Of a stretch of 64,000 nt of DNA, positions 36,448-50,167 are shown piece by piece. Where the stretch lies: assembly GCA_001244265.2 (NCBI GenBank), contig CDLV01000012.1, positions 558,001 through 622,000 on the forward strand. Direction: 5' to 3'. Positions within the stretch are counted from its first letter, which is position 1. The number at the start of each line of letters is the position of its first letter. A model generated the notes under the pieces. That model was not told where the DNA came from, ran no database searches, and saw only the letters and a program-made list of their open reading frames with translations. This DNA is from Microbotryum violaceum (Eukaryota). Made by a program: the position numbers and the translations under genes.

Positions 36448-38209
36448 ATGGCGTTCACGAGGCAACGGATCGACGCACTGAGCCTGCTCAAGCAGCTCGA
36501 GCACGAGCAAGAACTGGCCTCGATCCGTTCCAGCTCGACCCCACTGCAGGACCACCTCGCCTGGACCAAGGCCAATGCGGTCAGTCCACACATCCCCGAC
36601 TTGTCGAGATCCTCATCGACTCACTGAAACATCACGGCGCTCTCTTAGACGGTCAAGCATCTGCGACAGCTGCTGCAATCGCTGGCCGGTGACGAGCACG
36701 CCGACACCGACACCGACACGTGAGCACACTTCATTCTGCGACCCCCAGCCACCGGGGATGCCGTTCACTGACGCACACCTTCTGCCCCACCACCATGATC
36801 AGACGAGACCTTGAACACCGACTAAAGCTCGTGCAAAAAAGGCTCGCGTCAGATGCCAAGAGGGTCAGTAACCCCGTCCCCCTCTCCCCCGTCCCCCCTC
36901 CCCCCTCCCCCCCAGCGCCTGCTTCCCGTGTCGGCGAGCTCATCGGGACGACGACAACTTTGTGCAGACTTCGAGGCCATCGACGCCGATCCCTCATCTT
37001 GACTTTTTGGCGCCTTCGGTACCCTTACCGCCGCCACTCCCTTCAACTTCGATCGTACTGCCCCATCTGTCCAGTCAGGACCGTAGAGCCTCGATCGCCA
37101 TCTCGTCGGCCAGTATCGCCGCCAATCCTCGTCAGGCAACCCCGGCCTTCCGTGACCCCTCCCCCATCAACCCACCACCACAGCAGCAGCACCTCTCCCC
37201 TTCCCTACCCACCCCAGCATCATTCTCACCACCCGCCCCTCCAGGCCTCACACCACCCGCGCCTGCCTCCGCGCATCGGAGAAGAAGTTCCTCGATCGAC
37301 GATTATTCACCCGACGATTATTCGGTCCAGAAACCGAGAACTTACTCTGAATCGAGCGAGCGCTACAACGGAGCCCAGGACGAGCAACCACGATCCTACT
37401 CGCCGTACCAGCCACACCTCACGGCGGAACAACGACCGACTTACGTCGAGTCCTCGTTCGACACACCGCCCATCTCACTCGCCCCACCTCGAGGTCACCT
37501 GTCGACCGCTTCGTTCGATTCACCCGTCGTACCACTACCCCGACCTACGATCCGCATCCAAAGCGAGGGCCCCAACGAAGAGGACGAGGATGGCGAATCG
37601 CGGTTTGAAGCATCGCATCACCGGTACCCTACACCACCGCCCGGTGAAGACGAGGACGAGATTGACGAGGAGAGTGGGATCGGGGCCCCGGCACCGGCAC
37701 CGGTCAAGGGCAAGAACGGTTTCGCACCCCCACTCAAGAAACCCATGACTTCGACAGCACCTCCAGCTTCCATCTCAGCCGCCTCGTCTACCGTACGCCA
37801 TCGATCGATCATCCCTTCAATGGCGCGCAAAAAGACGCCGGCCCAAGAACTCGGCCTCACTTCCGCATCGTCGATCAACGGCTCGAGCTTGGGAGCCTCG
37901 ACGACCTCTTCGGATCTCTTATCACATCACCACGATCTCCAATCCGAACTCGTGAACGAACTGACCTCGCTCTCCTCGCGACTCAAGTCTTCAACGCAAA
38001 CCTTTTCCGAGAACTTGGAGAAAGATAAAGAGGTGATGGAGACGGCGAAGGATCATTTGGAGAAGAACGCGGACAAGATGAGTAAGGAGAGGGGGAGGTT
38101 GGCCGCGGTCAAGAAAAAAACGAGGGGGACGACGTGTTGGACGATTGGGGTCGTCGCGGCTGTCGCGGCGGCTTGGGCGACCATGTTCTTTTTGATCAAG
38201 CTGACTTGA
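36448..38209 (+). CDS. USE1: ER SNARE Use1-like protein
   Basis: C-terminal HHDLQSELVNELTSLSSRLK...F...LEKDK coiled coil followed by a tail-anchor TM segment (TTCWTIGVV...MFFLIKLT). Confidence 0.8.
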
Positions 38210-38558
38210 TCAGCTAGGAGGACGACAAGTGGGGGGGAAGGGGGAAGAGACGAGTCTAGGCGGCGCGAGTTATCCTTTAGTGTAGAATTTGCTTTGCAGT
38301 GCGACAATGATGCAAAACTTTGAATAACTTCTTCCAGCCCCAGAAGGACCAATGCTCGAGCCATCGTCGACTCACCAACTTGTCGCGATGCCGAACCGTG
38401 CCAAATCGGAAGTCGACAATGGTGTCGTATTTGCGAGCGCGGGGGGTTTGGCCACCGTCCATCGATCTGCTGCTCGGCCCTTCGCACCCACGAACAGGCA
38501 AAAGAGACGAACACCACAACAGCAAATTTTGTGTTCAGTGGATCAACAGTCACCCATC

Positions 38559-39838
38559 ATGTCCAAGACTGGAGCGTATGGTAGCAGTACGGTCAAGGTT
38601 CGTCATCGTAGCTCCAGCCTTACTCTCGAAGGGGTATCAATGGATGAGCTGACCATTCTGGTTCATATAGGATACGGCATTCCGAGTACGTTCTATGATT
38701 TGCCCCATGACTCTCGTATAGCTCGACTTGCATATGATACACGCTGGCTTCGACAGGCGCCTCTCGTCCAGCCGTTTGCGATGGGTAGCACCTACTGATC
38801 CCGCTCGTCCTGGTCGGTCGTCTCACTCTGCAGAAAGAATGGAACGACGAGGAATATACCAACAAGGCGAAAGAAAAGGTAGGGCACGAGCCACAGCCGG
38901 TCATTGAAGGGGGGAAAGAGAGGGGTGCTTTCCTACCCCGGAAACGAGGGGGCCACTGACTTGCTATGTGCTTTGATCTATAGGACAAGGAGTTGCATGA
39001 TCGAGCGGTCGAGAATGAAGAGTATCTGAAGCAGGGTAGGTCATTCCACTATCTCGGCTTATAAAGTAACCTTCCGTCTATGATGCCGAATCGCTGACTC
39101 TCAATGCTTCGTCCTACTGCAAAACAGGCAAGAAACCACCCCGACGAGCCAAAGAAGACCTCCCCAAACCGAACCAATTGATGCAAGCCCGCGACGCACC
39201 TTTGGAGCTGGACAAGAACCTCAACAAAACGATCATCATCAACGCCGGCGCGGGCCAAGGGGCGGGACAACCGGGATTTCATTGCGATGTCTGTCGCCGC
39301 ACGTTGAAGGATAGTGTTGCGTATTTGGATCATATCAACGGAAGGAGCCGTAAGTTCACAAGACGGATTATCGTTTCGTTGTTTCTTTGGTCGCATAGCG
39401 AACAACTGATCCCTACGTTCTGGCGATCTCTCTTACGCGGATGTCGTAAAACTCGATAGATCTTCGAAGGCTAGGCCAAACGACCAAAGTCAAGAAATCG
39501 ACGCTCAACGACGTACGACAAAAAATCGCCGAGTTGCGCGCTAAGACGGCGCAAAGTGCCAAAAGCAAAAAGTATGACTTTGACCAACGGCTGAAAGAGA
39601 TTCGCGAGTTGGAGAAGCAAAGCAAGGTCGAGGCCGCGGAGAAGAAGAGGCTGATGAAGCTCGAGGTCGAAAAAGAGAGGGAGAAGGAGAGGATGCAAGG
39701 TGTGGATCAGAATATGATGGCTGCCATGGGGTTTGCTGGATTTGGGTCAGTGCCGCTGAGATGAGTCGAGATGGCATGCATGTGGACACGTCTGACTTTT
39801 TCGTGGAGAAATGGTTTGACAGGACAACGGCCAAGTGA
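38559..39838 (+). CDS. SNU23: U4/U6.U5 tri-snRNP zinc-finger protein Snu23/ZMAT2
   Basis: RKEWNDEEY, GFHCDVCRRTLKDSVAYLDHINGR, YDFDQRL and MMAAMGFAGFG; last exon inferred to end TTAK*. Confidence 0.9.
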
Positions 39839-42494
39839 CCCGGTCCTACCCATGTTGCGTTTCGTTACCTTCTCTTTCAGTCTCTTTCGATACGTGTTGT
39901 AACAATGACCTACCTCCTTGCATGACAAGGCGATTTCCGCAAGCTTCGTTTCGAAAATAGCCTTCTTGACTCCGGCCTGAGCGCTGAGCTCCACCTCTTT
40001 ACGGCATTACGCGCGCCCACATCCACTGAACCCTTTCAACTGGTGTAGATATAATTCACGTCGTGGCAAATATCTTCCTAGCTCAGCGCCTTCGTGCAGC
40101 TTGTTTGGCACACAGAAATCTCTCCCGGGTCTCATCAAAGATGTCATTTCTCCCACCAAAAGAGAACTACGTAGCCAAACCGCTCTGACGGGAAGGAGGA
40201 TCGCCTTGGCCCGCTGAAGGCAAATTGTGCCTCGGGTGGATTTTCCGATATCGATTTGTGCACGGAGGAGGTGCGTAGGGTAGCAAAATTAAGGAGCAAT
40301 GAATCGAGAGCTGTTCCGTGGGTACTCACCTGCACGGAACGGTCGACTGATTAACGGCTGGAGAAGCCAGCTTAAAAGGAGCGCTAGCCTCGGAAGAAGG
40401 ACAGGAGTGATCGAGCTTCGTTCCGCAAATGGGAGCCGCACCAGACTTTCTGACTTGGCATGCATCCACAAAGGTTGGGGTATGAGAACCTGGGGAGACG
40501 GGGGAGCCTGGGGCAACGGATGTAGCTCTGAAGGGAAGTTAACCGAGCAAAATGTTTGATCGATCAGCGAACGCCTTCGAGCCCATGGGCATCTGATGGG
40601 ATCCATGGTGTTTTAATATTGTCCAAAAGCTTACCATTTATCGTTCGGTCAGGCCGCCAACTGCTCTCTAATCAAAACCTTTCACTTGATCGTTCAATTT
40701 GGCAAATTGATGAACAAGCATAGATGGGCGGACGCGCTTTCAAAAGCACGCCAATCAGATTGATCGGAGCCTCGCGAGTCGCGAAAGATCGATTCTCCTC
40801 GGTCTCGAGCTTAACCAAAGCCCTCCGTGGGGGCTGGTTCATTATTCACGCTTTATAGGCAGGTTTGCCCATCCAAATTTCCGGGAAAAAAACAGTGAGT
40901 TGGTCTTTCCTACAGCGGCCGGTATGAGATTTTCACACCCATGATACAGATATGTGCGCGGGATGCTCGATGATTCGATGATTCGCAGGCCACTTCGGAG
41001 GAGGGGCCGAGCTTCGTCCCGACTCTCCCGAGGTCGCCCGCGTTAATCGATTTGGGTCCTACAGGCACTGAAAGCGAACCGAAGCACGCGGCATGGCTGG
41101 TCTTTGGCCGAGACCACCCGAGGTGTACCAAGACCAGGACAACGGTCCGGTAGTTGCCGGTCGGTGACTGGCCCCGGGGCCCAGCACCAGCAGCTGCATC
41201 AAAACAATATTTGGAAGCCGACGGTTTCGACGCCGCAAAAGTAGGCACCGAGAAGGTTCAAGAAAAAGGCGTCATCTACCTATCTACATGTCCTCTGATC
41301 GGGTGTCTTGGAAATAAATCCAGCAGGTCATCGCCTGGAGAAAGCCAGAGGGGATGTTGCCGCCACCGCGACCTACCTACCGTAGCTTTAGGGGCCAGTA
41401 ACCGATTTGCCGGGGCAATCGAAGGCGCCAATGACTGAAGCCAAGTAAGCACCCCTGACTGATCGCGCGTCGGAAAATTTCTAGGCTTCAGTAGTTATGC
41501 TGTTGACGAAGTCCGTTAAAAATTAGAGAAGAAGAAGAAAAGAACAAAGAAAGGGAGAAAGGAGAAGGAGATAAAAATGTAGGGGGCGCGCAGAGTCAGA
41601 GGGGTGGAGAAGGACTCAAAAGCATGCCGGACTGCGAGAAAATGCTGGTCAAAACGGTCTCCGTGGGCATTTGACGATGTGATGCGGGAGCACCGCCTCC
41701 ACCCTCTGGATCTTTTCGCCCTTTATCCAGCCGCAAGAGGCGAGGGTCTTCCGCCTTTCGCGGCGGCCGATTCGGGGGTCTTTGGCTGCCTCCCTCGAGT
41801 AGTGCCTCGCTCGGTTGCGCGGGCGCGGTCGAGATCCGAACACGGTATGGTTTCGACCGCACTGTAATAATAAGCACCAGGTTGGAATTTGGAAAAGGTT
41901 TTTTAAACAAGTCGGGCGGTTAAAACCAGTACTACTAGGTACGGCACCCAGGTAGGACTCCTTTTCGTGTTTTCAGGGAAGTTCGACCTTCGCGGGTTTC
42001 GGACAAGCCCCAAAACAGACAGATAAATGACATCACTCGGGCAGTCACATGACCCAGCTTGGCGTGCCCAGCCCACCCGCGCAGCGCTTGCGTTCAATTT
42101 AACGCGCGCTGGCCGTTTTATAAACTCGATGCTCGCGATCTCTCGATCCCAAAAAGGGATTTGTCGGCGGACCGGAAGCGCTGCGCCTCGAGGCTCGCGC
42201 GCATTGCGAGCCATCGATCAGAAATCAGGAAAAAGGCTCGTCGATGTCGATCTGGGTTCTGGACTCGCATGTTTTTCGCCGGCCAATTGAATTTTGGACG
42301 GGGATCAACACCGCGCATCAAGCGTGCTCCACATTTCCCTTGACCGAGCGGAAACTGACTTTCCCCCGCCAGCTTCTTCCGCATTCTCCTCTCTTACCCT
42401 CCGTCTCCACAACCAGTCCTGTCTGGAGAACTTCTTCGTCCGTTCCTTCCTTCAACCACACGTACCCTTTATAAGTCGACCAGCTTAGCCCACG

Positions 42495-44976
42495 ATGGTT
42501 GCTGTTTCCATGCCCGTCGCCGAAGGCCCGAGGCCTGCTGGCAAAATCGCCGTCGCAATGTGGGTTCCCCCCCCCCCCCCCCCCCCCGAAGCGGACTGCG
42601 AGGCCCTCGCCTCGGAGTTCGCCTCGTGACCCTGCGAGATCTTGCTCGGCCCACTGCGGGCCACATCAAGAGAGATATACTGACCCATACATGACCATGC
42701 CCCGCCCGGTAGGACCGTCTTCGCCGCCTTTGGTGGTTTCCTGTACGGTTACGATACCGGATACATCTCTGGTGTCAAGGAGATGCCGGTTTTCGCTCGC
42801 CTCATGGGTGTGCCAAACACGGACCCCGCCACCATCGCGACCGCCCCCTACGTTCTCACTTCGGCGACGAACGCCCTTATCACTTCCATCTTGTCGGCTG
42901 GGTAAGTTCCAATTTGGCTGTAAGATAATGCGATGACTACTGCTCATGCGACGCCAAATCCTTGTTTGAACAGTACCTTCTTCGGTGCTTTGAGTGCCTA
43001 CCCGGCCGGTAAGTCTTGCGAAAGAGAGGAAAAGAGGAGGCGTCCTTGCTCGTGCATGTCCTCTGACAGCGCTCACTCGCTACAGGTGACTTGCTCGGGC
43101 GTCGCTTCGGTATCATCGCTTTCCTTGGCTTGTACGTTGACCGAAATGACGTGTTTGATACATGGATACCGATCTGAATGATTCGTTGCGTCGTTATCCA
43201 GGTTCTGCATTGGTGTCGCCTTGCAAACGGCTGCTACGACCATCGGCCCCTTCACCGCCGGCCGTGTTTTCGCTGTGAGTGAAGTGAAACACCTTTTTTT
43301 AGCTTTCATTCGGTCATGTCAGCTGATGTTTGGACGATTTGTCACTGTCGTCTCATAGGGTCTTGGTGTCGTAAGTCATGCTTGCACTCTTAATGCCTCA
43401 CGGCAGCTTTTCCTGACTAGCGACTTTCGGCCGTCTCACAGGGTGGAACTTCGTGCTTGGTTCCCCTTTACCAATCCGAGTGCGCCCCCAAGTCTATCCG
43501 AGGTGGTATCGTCAGTTGCTACCAGTGGATGATCACCATCGGTCTCTTGATCGTGAGTAGGCTCTTGCTTCTTCTATTCTGCGCAGCGACCTCCACTCCG
43601 GGAAAAGATCGGTGCGTTAATCGCATGAATTTGCGCAACGTTGACCCAACAGGCCAGTATCGTCGTTGAGCGCACCAAGAACATCAACAGCGAGGCCTCG
43701 TACCGCATTCCGATCGGGCTTCAATTCATCTGGGCCTTCATCCTCGGTGGTGGCTTGTTGATCTTGCCCGAGTCGCCCCGATGGCTCTTGATGAGGAACC
43801 GAGAGGAGGATGCCCAGCGCTCGCTCGCCCGCGTTCTCGGTACCGACGTCGACTCAGCCGCCGTCAACGAGGAGTTTGCCGAAATCGCCGCCGCTCTGCA
43901 CCACGAGCGATCGCTCGGTGGCTCGTCCTACCTCGACTGCTTCCGCAACGGCGAGGGCAAGAACGGCTTGCGCACCTGGACCGGTATCGCTATCCAGGCA
44001 CTCCAGCAGCTCACCGGCATCAACTTCATCTTCTACTACGGGACGGCCTTCTTCCAGAACTCCGGTATCGAGAACCCCTTCACCATTACGATCGCCACCA
44101 ACGTCGTCAACGTCGGCATGACCGTTCCCGGTATCTTGTTGGTTGACCGAGCCGGTCGCCGCAACATGCTTCTCTATGGTGCCATCGGCATGTTCGTCTG
44201 TCAATTCATCGTCGCCGCCGTCGGTATCTCGGTCTCCCAGGACAACTTGGCTGGTCAACGCGTCCTCATCGCTTTCGTCTGCATCTACATCGCCCATTTC
44301 GCCGCCACCTGGGGCCCTCTCGCCTGGGGTAGGTTTCTCCCTCCTGCTTCTTCTTCCTCGGGTGTCTTGAAAGGCCATTCTGACTCTCGTCCTCTTCGTA
44401 TTTCCCCCCCAGTTGTTACGGGTGAAATCTACCCTCAACAAATCCGCGGCAAGTGCATGTCCATGTCGACCGCTTCCAACTGGCTCTTGAACTTCGCCAT
44501 CGTGAGTCCTGGTTCTTTCCCTCAGGGCAAGTCAAAGCCGGATATTTCTTGCTGACCCTGCTTGCATCTTTCATCGTCAGGGATACTCTACGCCCTACTT
44601 GGTTGACAAGCGTCCCGGATCCGCTGGTCTCGGCTCGAACGTCTTCTGGATCTGGGGTGGATGCTGCGTTTTGTGCACAATCTTCACCTTCCTCTGCATT
44701 CCCGAAACCAGGGTAAGTGGCCCATCTCATGGTCGGAAATCCACGTCCGGCAATCGAAATCTGACTCTTTCTGTTTCGCTCATATAACAGGGTCTGTCGC
44801 TCGAGCAAGTCGACATCTTGTACCGCAACTCGACCCCTGTCAGGTCGAACGCGTTCAGGAAGCGCATCATCGCCGAGAACATCCATGACGACGACAAGGA
44901 GGCCTACGCCGCCCCCAAGAACACGGGCACCGTCGAGCACAAGGAGGAGGAGGCCGCCGGCATGCGCCAGCTTTAA
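42495..44976 (+). CDS. MFS sugar porter (hexose transporter), paralog B
   Basis: Same motifs and intron positions as 5365-7732; TAA at 44974-44976. Confidence 0.94.
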
Positions 44977-46142
44977 AGCGAGGTGTGTTTACGGTTTTCA
45001 TTCCCCGACACCCTTCGCTTCCTCTCTTCGCTTCCTCTTTGGTGTCTTAGAAAAACCCAAACCAGAATCTTGTCGTCTAGTGAACTTTGTCTCCCTAATG
45101 TAGCCTCGTTATTTACATTTTCGAGTGGGTGTGCAATCGCACCTTTCCTTTCTTGGTTTCTCTCTCACATCGTTCTGCTCCGACCACGAACACAAGCTCT
45201 AGTTGCGTCCAAGCCGAGGTACCAGATCTTCATCGGCAGAGCAGACCTCGGGGACAGCCGAAACATTGAACTAGTCTCTTAGGGCTGTGTAATGCAGTGC
45301 CTTGAAGGCCCTCCTGAAGTCCTCACTTGCCATCCGCCGGGTGATTGGCATCACTAGAACTCATGGTGGTTTTTGGGAGGTTGAATCTCGATTCTCGGTA
45401 ACGAGGTCTAAAACCGGGACAAAATCAGGCTTTGAGCGGATCGCCTCGCCAAGCCGACGATCAGGCCAGATCGTTCAGTGTTGCCTCTAAGCCATCGCCC
45501 CTGTCCCCGCTGTGAGCGTTCTGTTGCGCTATCTCGAGGATGACGGTAATCATGGATCCCGAGTCGAATTCCAGTCCTCAACAATGTTCCTTGGCTTACT
45601 CTAGGCGACACCCTCTTGCACCTCCGGTGGCTGTGACTCGGGAGACGCGCACCAGTTGTCGTCCTTACCTCCTAGACGGTCAAGGATCTCACGCGCGCCA
45701 TCGTAAGCACTATCACAAATTAGCCTCGGACTCGGTACATCGCTCCGTTCGTTTGACCTCGTTCCTGATTAAGATCACACGATGATGGCCTGAGTCGAAA
45801 ACAGTTCGAAGCTGGTAGAAACTGAGCCAGAACGTCGTCAGTCAATTGCAAAGGCAGAGCCTGGGAGCTAGCTCCTCGGCCCACGGCCAACAATCGCTGG
45901 CAATCCAATTGCACTCAAGAGGCTTGAGCGTGCCCGAGGCCTGCTAAGCGCAAGAGTGCATGCAGCTTGCCGCGCCACTTTGGTGCTTGGGCTGACTTCA
46001 AGCTTCAGGCCTTCAGGTTCCGGCTCAGCGTTCGACTGCCCGACCTCCTTACCCCGCCCCATCGGCAGTCTGGACAACCTTACGAGACGATTCGTACGAG
46101 CCATACCCCTTGTAGCGGCTACGCCCGCTTTCCCCATGAACG

Positions 46143-49100
46143 ATGGCGCCATCGGCGGCCCCACCGTCGACGCAGCGACCTCACGCCGACGGCAGCAGCA
46201 GCAGTCGACGCCGTCAGTCAGCAGCGCGGCAGCAGCAGCAGCACCAACACGACGACGACGACGATCGGATAGGGCCCTACTTGATAGGCGAGGAGATCGG
46301 ACGGGGCTCGTTTGCGACTGTGTTTAAGGGCGAGCGCTATGTGAGTCGTTGTGCTCGTGCTCGAGTGCTCGCTGACTCGGGGTTCGTGGATCGTCGCGTC
46401 GTTGTCGTCGTCGTGTGTCGGCTCCGGGGCACGCACATGACTTGACTCGCGATCGGAACGAGGCGACCGACCGGACGACGGCCAGTCCGGGACCCGCCAC
46501 GGATGATGCCATCGCCCCCACCCCTGTTGCCCTTCACGGAATACACTGCTGACACTCTAGTGATGAATCGTGTTGGCTTCCATCGTCACGTAGGACAATC
46601 GAGCAGAAGTCGCCATCAAGTCCGTCATCCGGAGTAAACTCACCATCAAGCTGCTCGAGAACCTCGAGTCCGAGATCTCGATCCTCAAGGAGATCACCCA
46701 TCGCAATGTCGTCGAGCTCAAGGATTGTCTCGTCAGTACAGCCCGCAACATCTCACATGATAGAAGCGTGGGCTGAAAAGCGTTCTATTTTCTGCCTACA
46801 GAAAACCGAGACACACATCTATCTCATCATGGCCTTTTGCTCCGCGGGCGACCTCTCGGTCTACATCCGGAAGCGCGGCGAGGTCGTAGCCCTGAGCGCG
46901 TCCAACCAAGGTTTGCTCCCGGCGCAGTCCCGGAGTCTCAAGGACTCGGAGCTACACCGCGTCTTGTACCCTCACCCTAAAGAGGGCGGCCTCAATGAGA
47001 CGATCGTGCGGTGCTTTCTCAGTCAGCTAGGTGGGAAAGGCTTTCGTTCGTTCTAGGTCGGCATCTTTTAGTCTTGCTGATTGCATGGTACACTACAGTC
47101 GACGCACTACGATTCCTACGGTCAAAGAATGTCATTCATCGAGACATCAAACCTCAGGTGGGTAATCAGACGAGCTCCCAATGCGTCTCTGATTCGTCGG
47201 GCTGAGACTCTCGATCTCCGATCGCCCCATAGAATCTTCTACTCAAACCCGCCGATGCCGAAGATCTCGCCATGGGGCATCCGCCTGGGATTCCGGTGCT
47301 CAAAGTCGCCGACTTCGGCTTTGCCCGGTGGCTGCCCCAGCAAAGCTTGGCTGAAACGCTGTGCGGATCCCCGTGAGTTATTTTCGGTTTCGTCGTTCCT
47401 GCCAGCATAAAGATGGAATGCTGAAACAACGCAACGGTCTCTCTCTACGATAGTCTCTACATGGCACCCGAGATCTTGAGATATGAAAAATACGATGCGA
47501 AAGCGGACTTGTGGTCGGTCGGGGCCGTTCTGTACGAAATGTGTGTTGGCCGTCCCCCTTTCCGCGCTCAGAACCACGTCGACCTGCTCCGCAAGATCGA
47601 GCGCGGCGAGGACAAGATCAAATTCCCCGATGAGCAGCGCGTCGAAGAAGGTAGCAACAAGACGCCGACGCAGGTTGCTCCCGATCTTAAGGCGTTGATC
47701 CGGCGACTACTCAAACGGAACCCACCTGAGCGCATGAGCTTTGAGGACTTTTTCCGAGAAGCGGCGAGCGTAGGCACGAGCGGAACTGCGAGCGGCCTAA
47801 CGACCTACTCGACCGATCCTTCCGCACGGCGAGGCGTGGTCCCTGAGGTTCCGTCAGCAAATTTGGCTGCACAGTCTTCGACGGTGGCTCAGAGCGCGGT
47901 ACCCGTGCCGCCTGCAACTTCACCTTCACCGCCTCCGGCACGGAACCCTGCTTATGCCGATACGGAACCGCCACCCTTTGCTCGACGCCCAAGCTCGGCG
48001 ACGCCACCCTTACGCCCAAGCACTCCCGGCACGATGGGTTCGGGACAACACAAGCGAGTGCCCTCGAGTTTTGTGGCAAAATATGTCGTTGGAGGACCGA
48101 GCCAAGCCAATTCGGGGGCCACGACAGCGGTGGGTGATGACAACAGCAAGCCATCATCAACGATGACGAAGGTACAGGAAGCCTCGCCCGTCTTTGTACC
48201 GTCGGCCATCCAGCGGTCTTCGGCAAAGAATGAAGCGAGCTCGACGAATGCGTCCATGACCGATTCAAACGATTCCATCGTCGGGCGCGACTTTGTCGTC
48301 GTAGACAAGCGCACGGTCGAGATCAACGCGCTCGCTGACGAACTTGCGACGCAACCGAAGCGGGAAGGCACCGTCGCTCGCCGACCATCTCGTGGATTTT
48401 TGTCGAGGCCACTCAGCTCTCTTGGCAACAACATCTCGCCATCCCCTCCTTCCCCCGTCGCTCCTTATCCTCCAACTGCTCCGCCATCGACCGATCATAT
48501 TGCGACAGCGTATCCCAACGCGGCGACCCCCTTCGCCGTTCCGCAGCAACGTCCTGGCCCCACGCCCCATCCTTATTCGTTGTCGTCGTCACCCCGACCT
48601 CTCTCCTTCCTCTCGAGCTCGCCGCGCTCGCTGAGCCACCCTATTGAGCGCTTCCCCGGATCCCCCCTCGCCCTCGTTGGAAGCCCCACGGCTGCCATCG
48701 CCAAGGCCCTCAACATGGCCAGTTTAAAGCTCTTTGGATCGCCGACCGATGGTATCCTAGTACGACGAAGCTCGGCTCGGAAGCCTCTGCACCGCACAGC
48801 GCAGATAAGCGACCCCGAGGAAGAGCGTATCTTGGGAGTCCTTGAGGATATCGCACAAAAGGCGCTTGTGCTCTTCGACTTTGCCGACAGCAAGATCTTG
48901 CAGCTCCTTCCACCGACGCCTCAGACGTCGTCCTCGACCTCACTTGGTACCCCGAGTTATTTCAGCCATGTCGCAGCTCGAGAGCAACAAACTGCGGCGT
49001 CCAACTCGGCCATGAACCCATTCTCCGCGATTCCGACTCCGACCTCACTTCCGATGCGACGCACCTCGTCTTCGTCTTCGTCGGAGCCACGACCGATGGG

Positions 49101-49680
49101 GTTGGCGTCGTCGGCAAAGGCCGACGTGGTAGCAGCAGAGGCTTTGATGCTTTACCTCAAGTCGTTGGCTTTCCTTCACAAAGGGATCGAGCGCGCTCGG
49201 CTGTACTGGACGGTCCGATCTCCCGACCAAGCGCCAAGCAGTGACTTCAATGATGGTGAGCTTGATGCGGATCCTCGTTTCTGTCCGAATGATCGGTGCT
49301 TACTTCGTATCCCAACCGTGATCTTCACAGCCGTGCAATGGTTCCGCCAGCGCTTCAACGAGTGCTTCGACAAGGCGGACTTTGCAAAGTCCCGTTGTCA
49401 AGATGAGATCCCCGAGTCGGCGACCTACGCCGAGAAGCTCGTCTACGATCGTGCGCTCGAGATCTCTCGTGCGGCTGCGGTGCACGAACTCAAAGGCGAG
49501 AGCCCGACCGACTGTGAGACGGCGTACGAAACCGCTCTATGGATGCTTTACGCGATCCTTGACGAGACCATGTCGGGGAGCGCTCAGAGTGCGGTCGAGG
49601 ACGAGGACCGCGCCGTCGTCAACAAGTTCGTGGCGAGCATCACGGCTCGGCTCCAAGCCTTGCGTCGCAAAACCGGCTGA
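46143..49680 (+). CDS. ATG1: Autophagy Ser/Thr kinase Atg1
   Basis: [76 protein letters not shown], and C-terminal MIT-like region ([14 protein letters not shown]). Confidence 0.96.
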
Positions 49681-50167
49681 ACGATGGAGAACAAACCTTG
49701 GCCGCAAATGCTCTTTTCTCTTGTATCTTTGCTAGCTCTTTATATTGGACTCCTTTTCGGAAGCAGGATCGCAGGCCCATTTCCAACCCCTTTCGTCCTG
49801 TCGCTCCTCGTTCTTCACTTATAGCTTTCAAGCCCTCTGGAGCGTCTTTCTTCCCCGTCCACACTAGTTTTACTGTGCCCTCTTTGCTCTCTCTCTATCG
49901 TCGAACTTCACCTTTTCCCCCATCGTTCATGCCATTCACCATTCCAACAGACGGTTCCCCCTTCCCCCATCCTCGCTCTTGTACCCATGCTCTCCTTCAG
50001 TGATGTCTCTCCCCACTTGTTCTGATTGTGCAAACTTCGTTTTAGTCTTTTCTCTCTTCCTTTGCACGCTCGGTTCGATCGCAATTCTATTATCACTTCG
50101 CTTGTTCAACATGGGTTTGCTAACAGGGAGTCTAGAATCTTAAAAGTGGAACTAACGGCAGGCGGGA

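Noticed and set aside
34076-41492. One large element bounded by TACTGAAGCC / GGCTTCAGTA and capturing U2AF1, USE1 and SNU23
   Set aside because: Only a 10-bp match, each motif has a closer local partner, and the enclosed genes are ordinary housekeeping genes.
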